Source: Pelomyxa schiedti (taxonomy: Eukaryota > Protista > Evosea). Taken from it: a stretch of 44,897 nucleotides of DNA. Location: NCBI GenBank assembly GCA_020536535.1, contig JAHLWZ010000218.1, forward strand, positions 1 to 44,897, written 5' to 3'. Positions 22,326 to 36,300 of this stretch are shown piece by piece. The position numbers and the translations under genes were made by a program. The stretch's first letter is position 1; each line of letters begins with the position of its first letter. The notes under the pieces are model-generated. The model saw only the letters and a program-made list of their open reading frames with translations, ran no database searches and was not told the DNA's origin.

Positions 22326-23383
22326 TCAGTCCTGCTGCTCGAATGTTGTTTTGGCCAACAGAGTCTGGACTTGTGTGTATAAGGCTGTTTTTAGTGCGGC
22401 AATACCCTGGTTGTTGAGTGCACTCACAAAGCTTGGGTTAAAACAACGTTAGGGTTTTTGTAAAAGAAGAGAATGACACACAAGTTCTGGTAAAGTGGAA
22501 AGTTTTCTCTTAATCTTTCACTCAACTGTGTCAACTTGTCCTCGTTTACTGCATCACACTTCATTCCCACGAGAATGCCTTCTGAAGTGTGTTCGCAGAC
22601 TCTAAAAAAATGATGGGAAAAAGTCTATCAGCACATCTATCAGGAGACCTTGATATGCCACTAATCCACTCTTCAATACTGTCAATTTTACATTCCAAGT
22701 CATATACAAGGAGGAAGATAGGTATATGCTTCATTTCAATTGCTAGGCAGTTTAATCAAAACAAAATGAGAAGGAAGTGATAAAAACTGTTCATTTCGTG
22801 TGGGTTAATGGTGTACTCTTTGTAGCTGATAGAGCAACCAAGTTCCGCGTTGTTCATCGATGTATTCTTGTGTGTTAGTTAGTTTCTTGAGCATTTTAAA
22901 CGACTTAACGAAAGTTCAACCTCTGGGTTTTGAGTAACGGGTATATCCTATGTTTTTTTTTTTTGTGTTTTTTTCACTTGTGTGCATAGGCCAAAGTAGT
23001 AATATATACCAACATGCGACAAAGAATGCTTGTCTTTCCCGACCCAGAATCTGGCATCATCGCAATAACACGTAAGCAATAAGAGTTGTTGGACACACAA
23101 CAGCACACACGCAGCACACGCACGCACCACCCAGTATTGCCACGTCGACGATGGCGGCACCTGGGCCACCACCCCCCCTGCCCCCCGCTGCCCCTGCCCC
23201 TGCCCCTGGCCCTGCCCCTCTCCGCCCCCCCGCTGGCCCTGCCCCTGCCCCTGCCCCAGCCCCTGCCCCGGCACCGTCTTTGCTTGTAGTTGTGGGTAGG
23301 AATGGGGTTTTCTCGTCGGCTGGGTGCACTGGTGGCACCTTTGGTTCCTGCTCGCGGCTACAGCAACAGCAGCTGCAGCCCAT
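22326..23383 (-). CDS. Atypical Rab-like small GTPase with an N-terminal acylation motif (MGCSCCCCS), about 7 exons
   Basis: Removing intron 23051-23127 creates VDVAILGDSGSGKTSIL (P-loop). Later exons give IFLLVYDLE..IEEWI, ILVGMKCD (G4) and FVSALNNQGIAAL (G5), ending TFEQQD-TGA at 22326. Confidence 0.82.
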
Positions 23384-23493
23384 CGCCTCACTGATTGATC
23401 GCGGAAAGTAGTGGATCGACAATTAACTCGGTGAGATCCCGATGTGAAATTTCTTTTGGAGACTTGGATGTTGAATGGTTTTGGGTTGGAGTA

Positions 23494-24224
23494 TCACATG
23501 TAGGGGTGATAGAATGACGCTCTGCGGTAGTGCATACGAGGCCTGCTTGGTGGCGGTCCCATTGGGTACCACGGCATGCCATCTTGGTTGCGGTATTGTT
23601 TATTATTAGCTTTTTGGTTTGTTTTAGAAGAGGGAAGATACACACAGGGACTCATATAGGGATATGGCATTGATGGCATGTATCGCCGGTATCTTCCTCT
23701 ACCCCCATGATATGGGATATTGGTCCGCTTCTGGACTACCTGTGGATTTTCATTACCGTGAATATTTTTTTTGTTTAGTGAAGCTTCAACCTTTATTTGT
23801 CTTCCCTTAAGTTCGGAATCAGTAAGAGCGATAGCAGTGGCTACGGATTCCTTGTCAGCAAACTCGATGTAGGCCATTCCTTTGGGATGCCCAGAATACT
23901 TGTCGGATAAAATAGTAACACGGTTTATGTTCCCGCATGACTTGAAGTGATCCATCAACTCTTGTTGTGTAGCACTGAAATCAACCTGAAAGAAAGTGAG
24001 GGCGAAGTCGGTACATAACAAACCCGCACATTGTTTACAAAGACAGATCGAGAGTCCATTTCCTCATTGGATTGATTATATTCGCCGTTCTGCATTTCGA
24101 TGTTTCCAAATCAAAGGGAGAATTACAAATGTGAGAATAGACCAATTAAAAAAAAAAGTCTCCCCAGCCAGCAACACACAATCGCATTCACAACACACAC
24201 ACACACATATGACCTAGCCTGTAA

Positions 24225-24256
<32 letters not shown>

Positions 24257-24586
24257 TATTACGCGTAACACACACAGAGACACACACACATTTGGGTCGT
24301 TATCCTGGCCCTGCTGGTCGTCGTAATTACCCTGCTGCGAGGGTGGTGCCGGGGGCGGGGGTATCCCCCCTTCTGCCCCTGCCCCCGCCCCGCTCCCCGC
24401 CGTGCCCCCCTCCCCCCCGCCGTCCATCGTGGCTGCTGCCCCCCCGTCCACTACTCCTTGAGTCTCGTTTATGCCGCCGGTTGTGCAGGCCGGGGCAGCC
24501 GCGTCGCCCTCGCCGCTCGCGGCGCTGCTGGTCGTGGTGCTCGTGGTGGTGCACGTGGTCGTGGTCCCTGTCGCTGCCCCGCTCAT
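23494..24586 (-). CDS. PABPN1: Nuclear poly(A)-binding protein (single RRM)
   Basis: [50 protein letters not shown], Arg-rich tail ending FYHPYM. Confidence 0.92.
24175..24290. repeat. Imperfect (CA)n microsatellite in PABPN1 intron 1
   Basis: Runs of cacacaca. A similar tract lies at ~8963-9015 in the first intron of the ankyrin gene. Confidence 0.85.
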
Positions 24587-24706
24587 CGTCGCCACGCGCA
24601 AAGTTCTTGACTTTGATTGAAGCCGAATAAACAACAGATCGGAAAACAGCGGCCAAGAGCGACGTGGTTCGTTGTCTGTCTGTGGTTCATTCACGCAAGC
24701 GCGTAG

Positions 24707-25937
24707 ATGTGGTTGTTTAGGGGTTCAGGAAACAGAGGTGTGTAGCAACTGTCCCACAATCCGCATTCGCGACGTTGCTCTTCTTTCTTTTTTCATATTC
24801 GCCACCCACATATATGCCAAGACATACACAAATCTTGACATTAACTCTGTTATAATATAATATAAATATATATTATATAACACCACACAGAGAGGAAGAG
24901 GCTAGAGGGTGCTGTGACTGATGCACTTGGGCGTGGGGACACTGAGGCCGCCAAGGAAACTCTTGTTCTTCTCAGGAACAAGTTCGGCTCATCAACTTCT
25001 GACGACGATGTGGCTACCAGGCTAGTAGCCCTCAGGCACGAGTGCTGTGGCGAGATGGACGCTGCAAAGGACGTATATTCCGCTTTGTTAGCAAAGAACC
25101 CCGCTAACACTGTATGATCAAGATATATATCAGTGTTAGTATACCTATATTTCAAGTTATACGATTTATTCAATATTGATTTCAAACGCAACTCAAATTG
25201 ACAGAGTTATTTTAGGCCGCAAAGAAGAGATTGATTGCTGTCTCCAAAGCAAACCGTAATAACGCTCAGGCAATTCACCACCTCAACCAATATCTGAGTG
25301 TCTGCATGTCTGACTCAGAGGCGTGGCTGGAGCTGGCGGACTTATATCTTGAGGAAAGATTGTATGCCCCCACGCCGCTGGAGCTTGTTTGATGGAAATT
25401 TTTTTAGGTACTCCCAAGCAGTATTCTGCTACCAAGAAGTGCAATTGGCATTGCCTTACTGCCACCCTTTGTGGACAATCTGCGGAGAAGTTGCGGCATT
25501 TAATTTCATTGAGTATTGATTCACATCTCACAAAATTGGCAGATATTATTTACACAAGGGGAGTTCCTGATGGCTAGAAAATATTTCTGCAAAGCCTGCG
25601 AACTCACAGACTGCCAAAATTTACGCTCTCTTATTGGAGTTTGCATGGTAATCTCTTCTCGATTTTCTGCGCACAATACTCATTCCTATTCCAGTGTTGT
25701 GTGTCCCTTGGCAATCAAACCGGTTCTGATTCTCTATCCACCGGCAAAAAACACAAGCACAGTTCCACAACAACCACCACATCGACATCCACATCAACCG
25801 GAGGTCCCTCAGAAGAAACCATCAACAACCAGACCTACACATGGGCCAAGAATCAGTCACTTCAACTCATAACACACCACTCCAATCCCTCAATCACCTC
25901 GCTCTTCCAATCTTGCTTCAACCAACTCAGACCCTAA
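24707..25937 (+). CDS. EMC2: ER membrane protein complex subunit 2 (TPR)
   Basis: YSALLAKNPANT-AAKKRLIAV, LNQYLSVCMSDSEAWLELADLYL, AVFCYQEV, ARKYFCKA, NLRSLIG. The start codon is uncertain. Confidence 0.85.
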
Positions 25938-26006
25938 AAGAGCATCAGCCGATTTCTGAGAACGACACTCGCCGCATCAACCTTTTTTTTTCCCCAACTA
26001 CGGAAA

Positions 26007-27290
26007 ATGTCCTACGGAACGACGGAGGAAAGCCCTCCCATAGTGATTGACAACGGGACTGGTTCATGCAAAATAGGAATAGCAGGGCACGATACCCCGG
26101 CGGCCACGGTGCCGTGCGTCGTAGGCAGGCCGCGCAACACCGCCGCGTGCAGGGGCTACGTTAACGAACCATTCATGATGGGTCTCAATAGGAGGGAGTT
26201 CCACGGTATGCTGCTGTGTTCCCGTTGCTTTGTGATGATATATTATATCTGTATCTTATATTACAATATATTGTTGTTATAAAACAGGCATTTCCTTTTT
26301 TTTTTTTATAAAAAAACCCATGTAGTTGGTGATGATGCAGTGAGTGAGGGAGGGCGGATGACCCTGGAACGCCCAATTGAACACGGAATCATTGTCAACT
26401 GGGACAACATGGCCAAGGTGTGGGACCACGCCTGGAAAAAGATAGACCACACCCACAATCGCGATCCATGCCGGGTTCTCATAACCGAGCCCATGCTGAA
26501 TCCCCTCGTCCAGGTCGAGCGCATGACCTACCACTTCTTCGAGACCTACGGCATACCGGCCCTGGGCGTAGTCTCGCCTGCAGTAGCACTTATGGGAGTT
26601 GGCCGGGAGGAAGGCGTTGTACTGGATATTGGTGATGGCTTGGCTCAGTCGTTTTGCATGTATGACTTTGTGATTCCAAACTCAGTGTTCAGAGTTGACC
26701 TTGGAGGTTCTGATATCACGCAGTATCTTATGAGAATCATGATGGAGGGGGGGTACTCTTACAGCACCTCTGCTGAGTTTTTCGCTATTCAAACCGTGAA
26801 GGAGCAGCTCTCCTATGTTGCTTTGGACTTTGAGGCTGACATGTGTAGAGCAAACTGCAGCGCCGAGCTGGAGAAGACCTACGAGCTGCCTGATGGGACC
26901 TCTATTACCTTGGGAAATGAGAGGTTCAGGTGTGCGGAAGCTCTGTTCCAGCCGTACTTCATGGGCAGGGAAATGAACGGAGTGCATGAGCAAACGTGGC
27001 TCACAATGAGCCGGCCCAGCCTGGGATTTCCCACATCCAGGGAAGTATTCACTTTTGGGGGAGCCACTAGGACACCAGGATTCACAGCCCGGCTGCAGAG
27101 GGAGCTTGAATGCCTGGCCCCAGCCTCCTACCCTCCTAAAGTCAAGCCTGAGTGTGCTGAGACCCTCACGTGGGTGGGTTGCTCTATACTGGGCTCCTTG
27201 AGTAGCTTTGGGGATTCCTGCTTTACAAGGGAGCAGTATGACGAATGTGGTCCACGTGGAATTCACACCAAAAAGTCACTATTCGCGTAG
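26007..27290 (+). CDS. Divergent actin-like protein, 2 exons
   Basis: IVIDNGTGSCKIG, VVGRPR, PIEHGIIVNWDNM, VLDIGDG, YELPDG, GNERFRCAEALFQP, GSLSSF. Confidence 0.92.
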
Positions 27291-27381
27291 GGTCAACTTC
27301 TCTCCCTCATCCACTAAGAAGATAAAATAAAGTTGACTTTATTTAGAAATACTTAGTACACATGTCTTGTACTTTGAAGAC

Positions 27382-30300
27382 TCACAGCATGGCCCCCAGT
27401 ATTTCTGCTATTTTGTCAAACCCTGTTGTTGGTGTTAGAGAGACAAGGGGTTAATTAATTATGTCTGGGTACCTATTCTGTCACTCGGCTCTTGTGCCCA
27501 GCATTGAGCCAGTAGCTGTTGATACTTCTCAGGGAAGTCGTCAGGGAAAGGAGGTCTCTGTAAGTTATTGAGCTCCAAAAATACTTTTTTAGGAGATAAA
27601 CCTTGCCGGCGGATACAAATTCGATAATTTCTGGGTTGGTTTTCTTTAGTTGAGGAGTGATAATGAAGGACACATACTCCAGGTATTTGGGAATGTGGCA
27701 ATTGGATACGCTTCCAGCTCAGTCAATACACAGTACGCCAAAATTGCAAAACTGTAAAAAAAATGAGCGTACCGTAAAATTGGGAATGATGAGCAACCTA
27801 TATACATCGGACATTTGACCATACTCGGATCCGCTAAGTGCTTCCGGGGCCATGAAGGTTGGTGTGCCAACAGCAGCTGTCATATTAGCCGGATTCATTG
27901 TTGTAGATGTGCCGGTCACATCCCTGGTTGTTCCAAAATCGGATATTTTGGCACACACAGGAGCAGAGGCATCTAGAGAGGCAAGCAGGAGATTGTCGGG
28001 CTTGAGATCCCTGTGTATAACTCCACTCTATTGAAGAGGTAAGTGTAGAAGAGATGTGTATTTATACCTTATGGAGGAAATTCATTCCCCGTGCACAATC
28101 CAGCAAAATCTTTACTTTTTGCCTTTCAGTTAAAGAACCTTTTTGCTTAAGCACGTGGCCAAGACTTCCATGTTGCATGAATTCCTTCAAACCATTTAGT
28201 TTTTGGAAAAGAAGGAAACGAAGACAAACCGTGACAATTATCAATTTCCGCCTATCGTGGACGGCACCAATGAAAGTAACAATCTACAAAGTTCGGGAAG
28301 GATTTGAGTTAAGTTGGAATTTACCTGCGGACAATTGAGGGATTCCATCATTTGAACCTCTGCACAAAACTCTGCATAAGCTTGGTCGGAAACCGTTTTC
28401 AATACCTGTTAAAATTTCAAATGAGAAAAGCCTTTGAATTACAATGGACCTTGATGGCAACATCCTGCCCACGCCAGGTCCCTCTGTAGACAGTACCAAA
28501 TGCACCTATTTTTGGTTCAGGTCTTTGCTTTAGCTTACAACAGATGCAGTACCTTCGCCTACTGGAGGTGGTATAAGATTAAGTTCATCAGGATCCAATT
28601 TCTTCGAAAGCTTCGAGTCCACAACAATAGGCAATTCTGAGTGTTTAAGCTGTCGAGACCCAAACTTGCCACCAAGAGTTGCTGGGGTGTGTTAATGTTG
28701 AACACTGAGACTAAAAAAAACCTTTTGATGTAGCCACTATAAGTGCTGGACGTAAGATGGTAGTGCAGTGAACCGCTAGTTTGGCTGAAATCTGGATGCT
28801 TGCTGCCTACAGAATGCATAAATATAAGAAAGATGAACAGGCTAAGGCTCACCGGTTGCAAATGGCCCTCACGTGGAACGACCTGTAAGGAGTACTTGTA
28901 TGCACTAAAGCAACATAAGACAAGAATTGATGTTAATCAAGCTACCATTTCTTTGGTAAAAAGAATTTGAATGCAATACGATTTTTCGAGGTATTAGTTA
29001 GAGAGAACTCTTCTGTATATTCTTTGTCAATTTTCGCGTGTTGGGCCTTAATTCCAAAGCATAGTTGCCCATCCGACACCTGTTGACAGCGTTGAGAAGA
29101 TTAGCATGGAATCTTCAGAGGTACCTGCAGTGGTAAAAGAGATAAAGCAACACCTCTATTGAAGATTAGAGAAACTTTCACGAATAATTGCTTACTCAGA
29201 AGTTAATGTGAATTCTTCCTCCTCTTCCTCAGATGGTTGTGACTTCTTTTTCCTAAAAACAAACGGTTAAGCTGTAGTGATGAAAAAGTGACGAACGTGA
29301 GAGCAAGTAATAAACCAGCAGCAAGGCAAGCAAGTAGAAGGGCAGAACCAACTGAAATAGGAACGGCAATAGCTACTTTTTTTTTGGTCTTGTCTGAGCT
29401 GTGCTGAGGCACGGGAATATCTGAAAGAAAGTGGGAATGAATATTAGTAACGACAGAAGAGATACCAAAGAAAATCTGCGTGAACGCGGACTTGTTGTTT
29501 CTGTTCCCAACAATGTCCGTAATGCTTCCAGGAAGTAGTTCAATATCACACTCGCTTGATGTATTCTGCTTGAGCTCTAGCATGTAATCACTTCCTGAAG
29601 ACATAAGGCTGAATATAATGCACTGGCCGGTGGAATTGAAGCAATCCATGGTGACGTTTTGTACAGGCTCATTACAATGAAGTGTTACTGTCGTAGTAGT
29701 TGAATTTGCAACAGAACTGGCTGTAACAAATGAACACTCTGGGCCAGTTGTATCCAAAAAGTAGAACAACTGATACGGAATGGAGTTCGACAAACCACTG
29801 ACAGAAACCACAATAGATATATTGGTGCCTGCACCACTCTGAACGCGGCATGACAAAGTAGTATGGTTTACAATAATAGAAACATCAGCACAAGGTACAC
29901 TGCCAACAAAAACTTGAATCACACTGGCATCAGTCCCAAAATTTGTGCCTTTTACTCTGTGAGTACTTTTTGTTTTAGAATTTAGACTACCAGTTAGAAT
30001 AGTCACACCCCCTTGATTTCCAACGGGAGTAGAATTAAAGATTTGAGGACCTATGTATAGAGTGATTTGAGGTTACTATGTGGGCAGTCGTCTTACATTG
30101 GTACACCAGGAGGGATGAAACCTGGGTGAAAGGAGGCCGATTTGGAGCAATCAGCTTAAGGGATATCTGTCCGACGCCAGATGGAGCATAACACTGTATC
30201 TTGGTGTGTTCCTCCACAACACTGGCATTTGTGCACTTTTTCCCTTCATCACCTAAGGTCACTTCAACGGGAGTGCACAGTGGGCCAAAGTTTGTTCCTG

Positions 30301-33300
30301 CAATGGTGATAAGAGCGCCTTCAGTCTTTGGGGATGTGATGGAGGATATAACAGGTGCTGCTTCCAATAAGATTAATTTAACGAGGAGGTTGAAGTACAT
30401 TGGTAGGAGAAAACAGAATTCGAGCCATACTGCCCTGAAACGTAGACCGAGAGTAGATTGCCGACACCACTTCCACTTGGTGCAAAGCATCGAATGACAG
30501 TATGAGCTTCATAAATGGTTGCGTTTGTGCAAATTGTGTCCTCTCCACAAATAGGAGTCACATTTACAGAAACTGGTGTACCACTCGGCCCGAAGTTGCT
30601 TCCATTGATGAAAACAATACCTCCTTGCGTACTAGGAAAAGGTTCCGATATCCCTTTAACAATAGGCTCTATTATGAGAGTTAATGCAAGGCAGTTATAC
30701 ACATTTCGCCTCATACTATTGTAATAGAATATTGACTGATGGGCTTCGAGACTATGTCCTGTTCCGGGAACCACCACAATTCCTACATCCAAATTTTGCC
30801 CAGAACCCTCAGGAACAAGGCACTTAATTAGAGTGTGACTTGTAACTATAGATGCATTATCACAAGAGTGATTCCCTATAGTAATTTGCACAGGACTTCC
30901 AATCGGCCCGAAGTTGTCGCCTACAATTGTTGTAGGAATATTGCCGTTGGTGTTTGTTGGTTCTATGTAAGACACCAATGGTGCTGTAAGAAAATAAAAA
31001 GACCCAGTTAGAGAAAGATGGAACCTAGTAATACATACACAAGTATTCAAAAAGGTATGTTGCTTCTTGGCGGAAAGTCCCTTCAAGGTGATAGGAAGGC
31101 ACGCTCAACACCAATGAATAGTGCCCACCAACACCAACAGGAGGGTAGAATGTGATGATAGAATCAGTTATGGTGGCAATTTGGCAATCCTTGCCATCAA
31201 TTGTCACAGAAGCATTAGTAGCAAAGTTGAAACCAAAGAGAGTGCTAGCTGTCAGCCCATTTGTTGGCACAGCAGTTGCTCCAACTATTCTAGGAGCTGC
31301 ATTTCAAAAGTTCAGGAGCAATCTTCTGATTGAGAGCGATACCTTGGAAGACAAATGAAACAAGCTCAGACACCTGTCCACCAACTTCTATTGCAAGGAA
31401 GTGCTGCCCATACCCTGGATCAATTTGAAACTGTAAGAAGGTCTCACTTATAACCACTGAAAAGTAAGGGTTTCCATCAACGGTCACATCAACAGGGTAC
31501 TTCTGGCCACCTGGACCGAAGTTCGTACCCTGTACATCTACCTGCCCACCACTAGTCGTTGGTGAGGACACTGACGTGATTGTTGGTGCTTTTAGGCATG
31601 TCAATAATAGAACTCATGGAAAAAGGAAAATACCTTCATAAGAGAAATGCGTGTAGTTTCCGCAAAGGGGGTGAGCAGGAGCACATACTATCAGAAGAAT
31701 GGAACTTCCGTATCCAGAATTAACAAAACTGGTAATGACCGAGTGATTGACAGCAACAATAGAATCAATACAGAGTGTATCACCGATCTTGACAGTTACA
31801 GGAGAACCCACTGGCCCAAAGTTGAAACCCCAAATCACAATATGACCTCCTGAAGTTGGGGCTGTGGTTACATTTCTTACTATGGGTGCTGAGAGAAATG
31901 TTAACAGAAGGTGAAATTAACATGAAACAACCTAAATAAGAGAACACATAAAATGTCTTGACATAGCCTCCAAGGTGCACAGTTACGGGCAAATTGTTAC
32001 CGTACCCTGCTGGAACAACGCAGGAAATTTGGGTACTTGAAATGACTTGTGGATTAGTGCAACTTTCTCCAGCGATCTCTATTGCTACTTTCGTGCCATT
32101 TGGCCCAAAGTTCTGTCCCGTGAGGACAGACAGTCCACCCGTTGTGTTTGTTGGCAGAGCACTTAGTATTACAGGAGCTAGAAGCATTAGAAAATATCAA
32201 GTTGCAGAGCTCTACCTTCATAAGAGAAGAATGCTGTTGCTAGCTGGATGTGGGACACATCGTCTGGAACATACAGCGTAACAGTAACACCCGTACCAAC
32301 GCCTGGTGGTGGATAGCAAGAAATTTCGGTCTGATTTTTTGTCACAGTAACATTTCTGCAGTTGCAGCCGGAGCCAGCACAAGGGACTACATCTCCAGAG
32401 AATACCACACGAAGTACAGAGCTGACACTGCCAAAGTTGTTGCCAGTGATATGAATTAAACTTAAGCCATCAATAGCCCCCTCTGAGATATTATATATAA
32501 TCGGAGCTGCTTAGAGTTAGAAAGAGATTATCGGGAATTTAGGTGCATACCTTCATAAGTGTAATAGAAATTTTCACTATTTATATTGGCAATTCTCACT
32601 TGCCGTGTGAAATTCTTCCCAGTTCCTGGAGGAAATGGGCAACTCAATGCAGAAGTACTTATCCAAGAACAATTTTGACATCCTGAGGTGCTACAAATTT
32701 CTGATAGATATCCAGTACCGCCTTGTCCAAAATCGGTTCCAATCTTGAAGTATTAGTGACGAGCTCACAAGAAAGAAGAAGAACCAGAAGATGAGACTCA
32801 TCCCCAGTTGTGGGAACAAGAAGAAGACTCGAGACCGAAGGGGCTATTATTAATGAGTAAAAAGAAGAGGGGTTGTTGAGGTTACCAATGTATGAAAAAA
32901 TGGGAAGGGAATGATGCAGGCTTGATGAAGCTGGAACCCAAATCTCTACCGTTTTATTGGCGCCAACTCCGGCTGGGGCAATACAAGTACACTTTGTATG
33001 CGGCGATGTCACCGTCGGACTGGAACAATCAATTCCGTTGATTGTTACACGAATTGAAGTTCCAATAGGGCCAAAGTTGTTCCCAGTTATCTCAGTTTCT
33101 CCACCATCAGTGGATGTTGGTGTGGAACTTACAACAACCGGAGCTAAGGAAATATAAGAACCACAATTAATGAGTGAGATAAACATACCTTCATATGAGA
33201 AAATAGGGGCAGAATAAGACTGTAAACTCCCAGGGCATCCTGCTTCCACATAAAGTACAAGGTGTTCTCCAACACCAGGTGGAGAAATACACTGGATTTG

Positions 33301-36300
33301 TCCAGGCTGGGTTACAGACGCATTCATACATTGGTTTCCATTTATCTTTACAACCACAGGAGTGCCAGCTAGGCCAAAGCCCGTGCCAGAAACAAGTATG
33401 GAACCACCAGAGGTTGGGGTCTGAGTAGAATTAGCCAGGAAGGGCCCTATATCAAGTAAGATATAAGACTACAAGTAGAAGAAACCTGAGAAATTAAACT
33501 TCTGGAAGGTTTCAGATTGGGATTGTGAGGGATCAACTGGTACTGTGACTTCCACTGTTACACCTGAACCTACAAAGTCCACCGATGGTACACATCCAAT
33601 AGTTGTATGATTGACAAGGACTGTAGGTTCTGAACAAGCAATTGAAGTATGATTGTCACAGGACGGTAAGTCTGCAAGCAGGGTGACAGATACTGAAGTG
33701 CCCACTTCCCCAAAGTTTTCTCCAAAAATGAGAACTTGACTGGCTAAAGTCTGTGTGGAAGTAACTGAAGGGCCTTTGTATACGTTAGCCCTTCTAAAGG
33801 GGAATATGTATGAATACTTCGGTAAGCAAAGGTAAAAGGGGCACTTGGCTGTCCTTCCACAACAACGATGATGGAGTGATTTCTGCCTACACCTGAAGGG
33901 ATTGTGCACAGTATTGAACTGGCATCTTTCCAAGTGGCGGATTTAAATTCTTCACCATCAACAGATGAAGTTACAGAATAAGCACTCGAAGGAGGGAAAT
34001 TGAGTCCCTATTGATGTTTAAGCCCAAAGTCTTCAAGGAAGAAGGTGCAGACCTTTACAATGGCACCCGCAGTACCCCTTGTTGGGGGTGATACTATTCC
34101 TGTTATAACTGGGGCTGGAAATTGTTAAAATCCATATGAAAAATGCAATTCAGTACCGGGATAGGAAAAGACATTTGCGGTAGTTTTAAGGCTGGAGTCA
34201 GGGGGAACCCATACTGTCACAGAGACATTGGCCCCTGCACCAGGAGGGGTTTTGCAACTGATCTCTGTGTGGTCAACTGTAACAGATGCATTTTCGCACT
34301 CATTGCTTCCAATTTGTACGGAGACAGGTGTGACACTTGGACCAAAATTGTAACCAAGTATATATGCAGTTCCATTAGCTCCAAATATTGCTCGCAAAAC
34401 AGCTGGGCCTATACATGGTTCATTACAAGTACTATCATTTAATAGATTCTCACTGTTATAAGTAAAAGCCAAGGTAGGATCCGATTGGAGAGAAGCTACT
34501 GTAACGATGATTGTTCTGTTTTCTCCAAAACCAGGAGGTGCCGTGCAAACAATTCGGGTATCAGATTGTGTGATTGATGCGGAAGTGCAGTCAAGTTTTC
34601 CAATTGTCACATTTACAGAGGCCCCAATGGGTCCAAAGTTGTAACCAGAAATTGTTGTTGAACCACCAGTAGTATTGGTAGAAGACGCATCAATAACAAT
34701 CGGCCCTAGGAGTCTTAGTCAATCTTACGAAGTATTTGGACAGAAACCGGAGTAAGTGAAGTCGTGAAAAGAAGCGGACTGAACATGGTATGGATCCAGA
34801 GGAAGGTGTACAGTTAAGGTATTTCCTCTGCCACAGCCAGGAGGAGCAATGCATGTGATAGCAGAATCAGCGACTGTTACTGTAGCATTGGCACATGGAC
34901 AGGATCCATTTGCCTTGCAGTACACACAGGATCCATTGATATAGACTTGCACACTTTCATTAGCAGGACCAAACCTCTGTCCCCGAATGAGAATTCGTGA
35001 GGTGCCATCGGTGTTGGCACTGCTAGCACTAATGATTGCAGGGGCTGATAGTAGATTACAAGGTGATTGCACAGTTTTTGAACTTACCCTCGTAGTTGAA
35101 GGAAAAGAGATTACTCAGTTGTCCACTGATTGACACTTGGGTGGTCCAGTTGCCTCCAAATCCTGCCGGGAACTCTGATATCAGAACTGATTGCCTCATC
35201 CATGTTGCATTAGTATTCACTTTAGTCCCATTTACATAAACTTCAATGGTGTAAGCTCCATCTGGACCAGGGCCAAAGTTTTCTCCCTTGAAAAAAAACG
35301 TGAGTCCCTAAATCTGATTTGAAAATCAAATACCCAAATCTCATGCCTTGACTCCCCATCAACCGAAACATCATTAACGATGCTGATCACTGGGGCTAAT
35401 TCTGAATGAGCCAAAAAAACTAATGGAAGGTCTCCAAACCATAGTACGAAAACACTTGTGCAGTGTCAGACTGAGTAAGGTCGGGGACGGCCACAATGAC
35501 AGTGTTGTTCACTCCAACTCCAGGAGTTGGAATGCATGTTATATTGTAATGGTCCACGGTAACGGTGGCATTGACGCAAGGAGAAGAGAGAATAAAGACA
35601 GTCACTGGTGTTGACACTGGCCCAAAGTTATAGCCTGTTATAACAGTTGCCTGCGTTCCATCTGTTGGAACAGAAGTGGAAGACAGTACTACTGGTTCTG
35701 TATCGTATTAGAGTTGTGCCTTTAGAAAAAGTACAAAGTAACTCAGGTATGAGAAAATATCGGCAGTTCCACTGGAGGAGTAGTATGTTGCAACAACGTG
35801 CACGTACACTCGTCTATATGTGCCATAACCTGGCGGTGCTTTGCATTCAAGAAGCATTTCGGGAACAATCACTTTAACCCCAGTGCAGGGCTTGCCGTTT
35901 ATCTCCACTGTAATAGTTGTATTGTCATTCCCCAGGTTTGTTCCGGTAATCCTTGTAAGTCCCCCAGTTGTATTTGTTGATGTAGCCGTACTGATAGTAA
36001 CTAATATGAAAAGTCACAATACGTGAGAGTGCTAAGGCAGTACCAGAATTATTTAAGTTTTGGTAAACTCCAATTTGAGAGTGGGGCCCAGCAGGTATAG
36101 CCACAGACACTGTAGATATTTTTCCACTTATACTGAGCAAGCACTCAATTTCTTCACAATCCTTAGTAATATTTGCCAAAGAACAGGTATGATTGTCTGT
36201 GGTCACTTGAACTGGAGTACCCAGCAGACCAAAATTGATTCCTTGCACCTTGAGTACCAGAGTGCCGTTTCTGCTTTCTGTTGAAAAGGAGTCAACCCGG

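Noticed and set aside
23057-23422. ORF-track 121-aa Gly-rich protein with a Cys-rich hydrophobic tail (CYSTM-like)
   Set aside because: The apparent tail is intron 1 read-through. Splicing it out creates a P-loop and a full GTPase.
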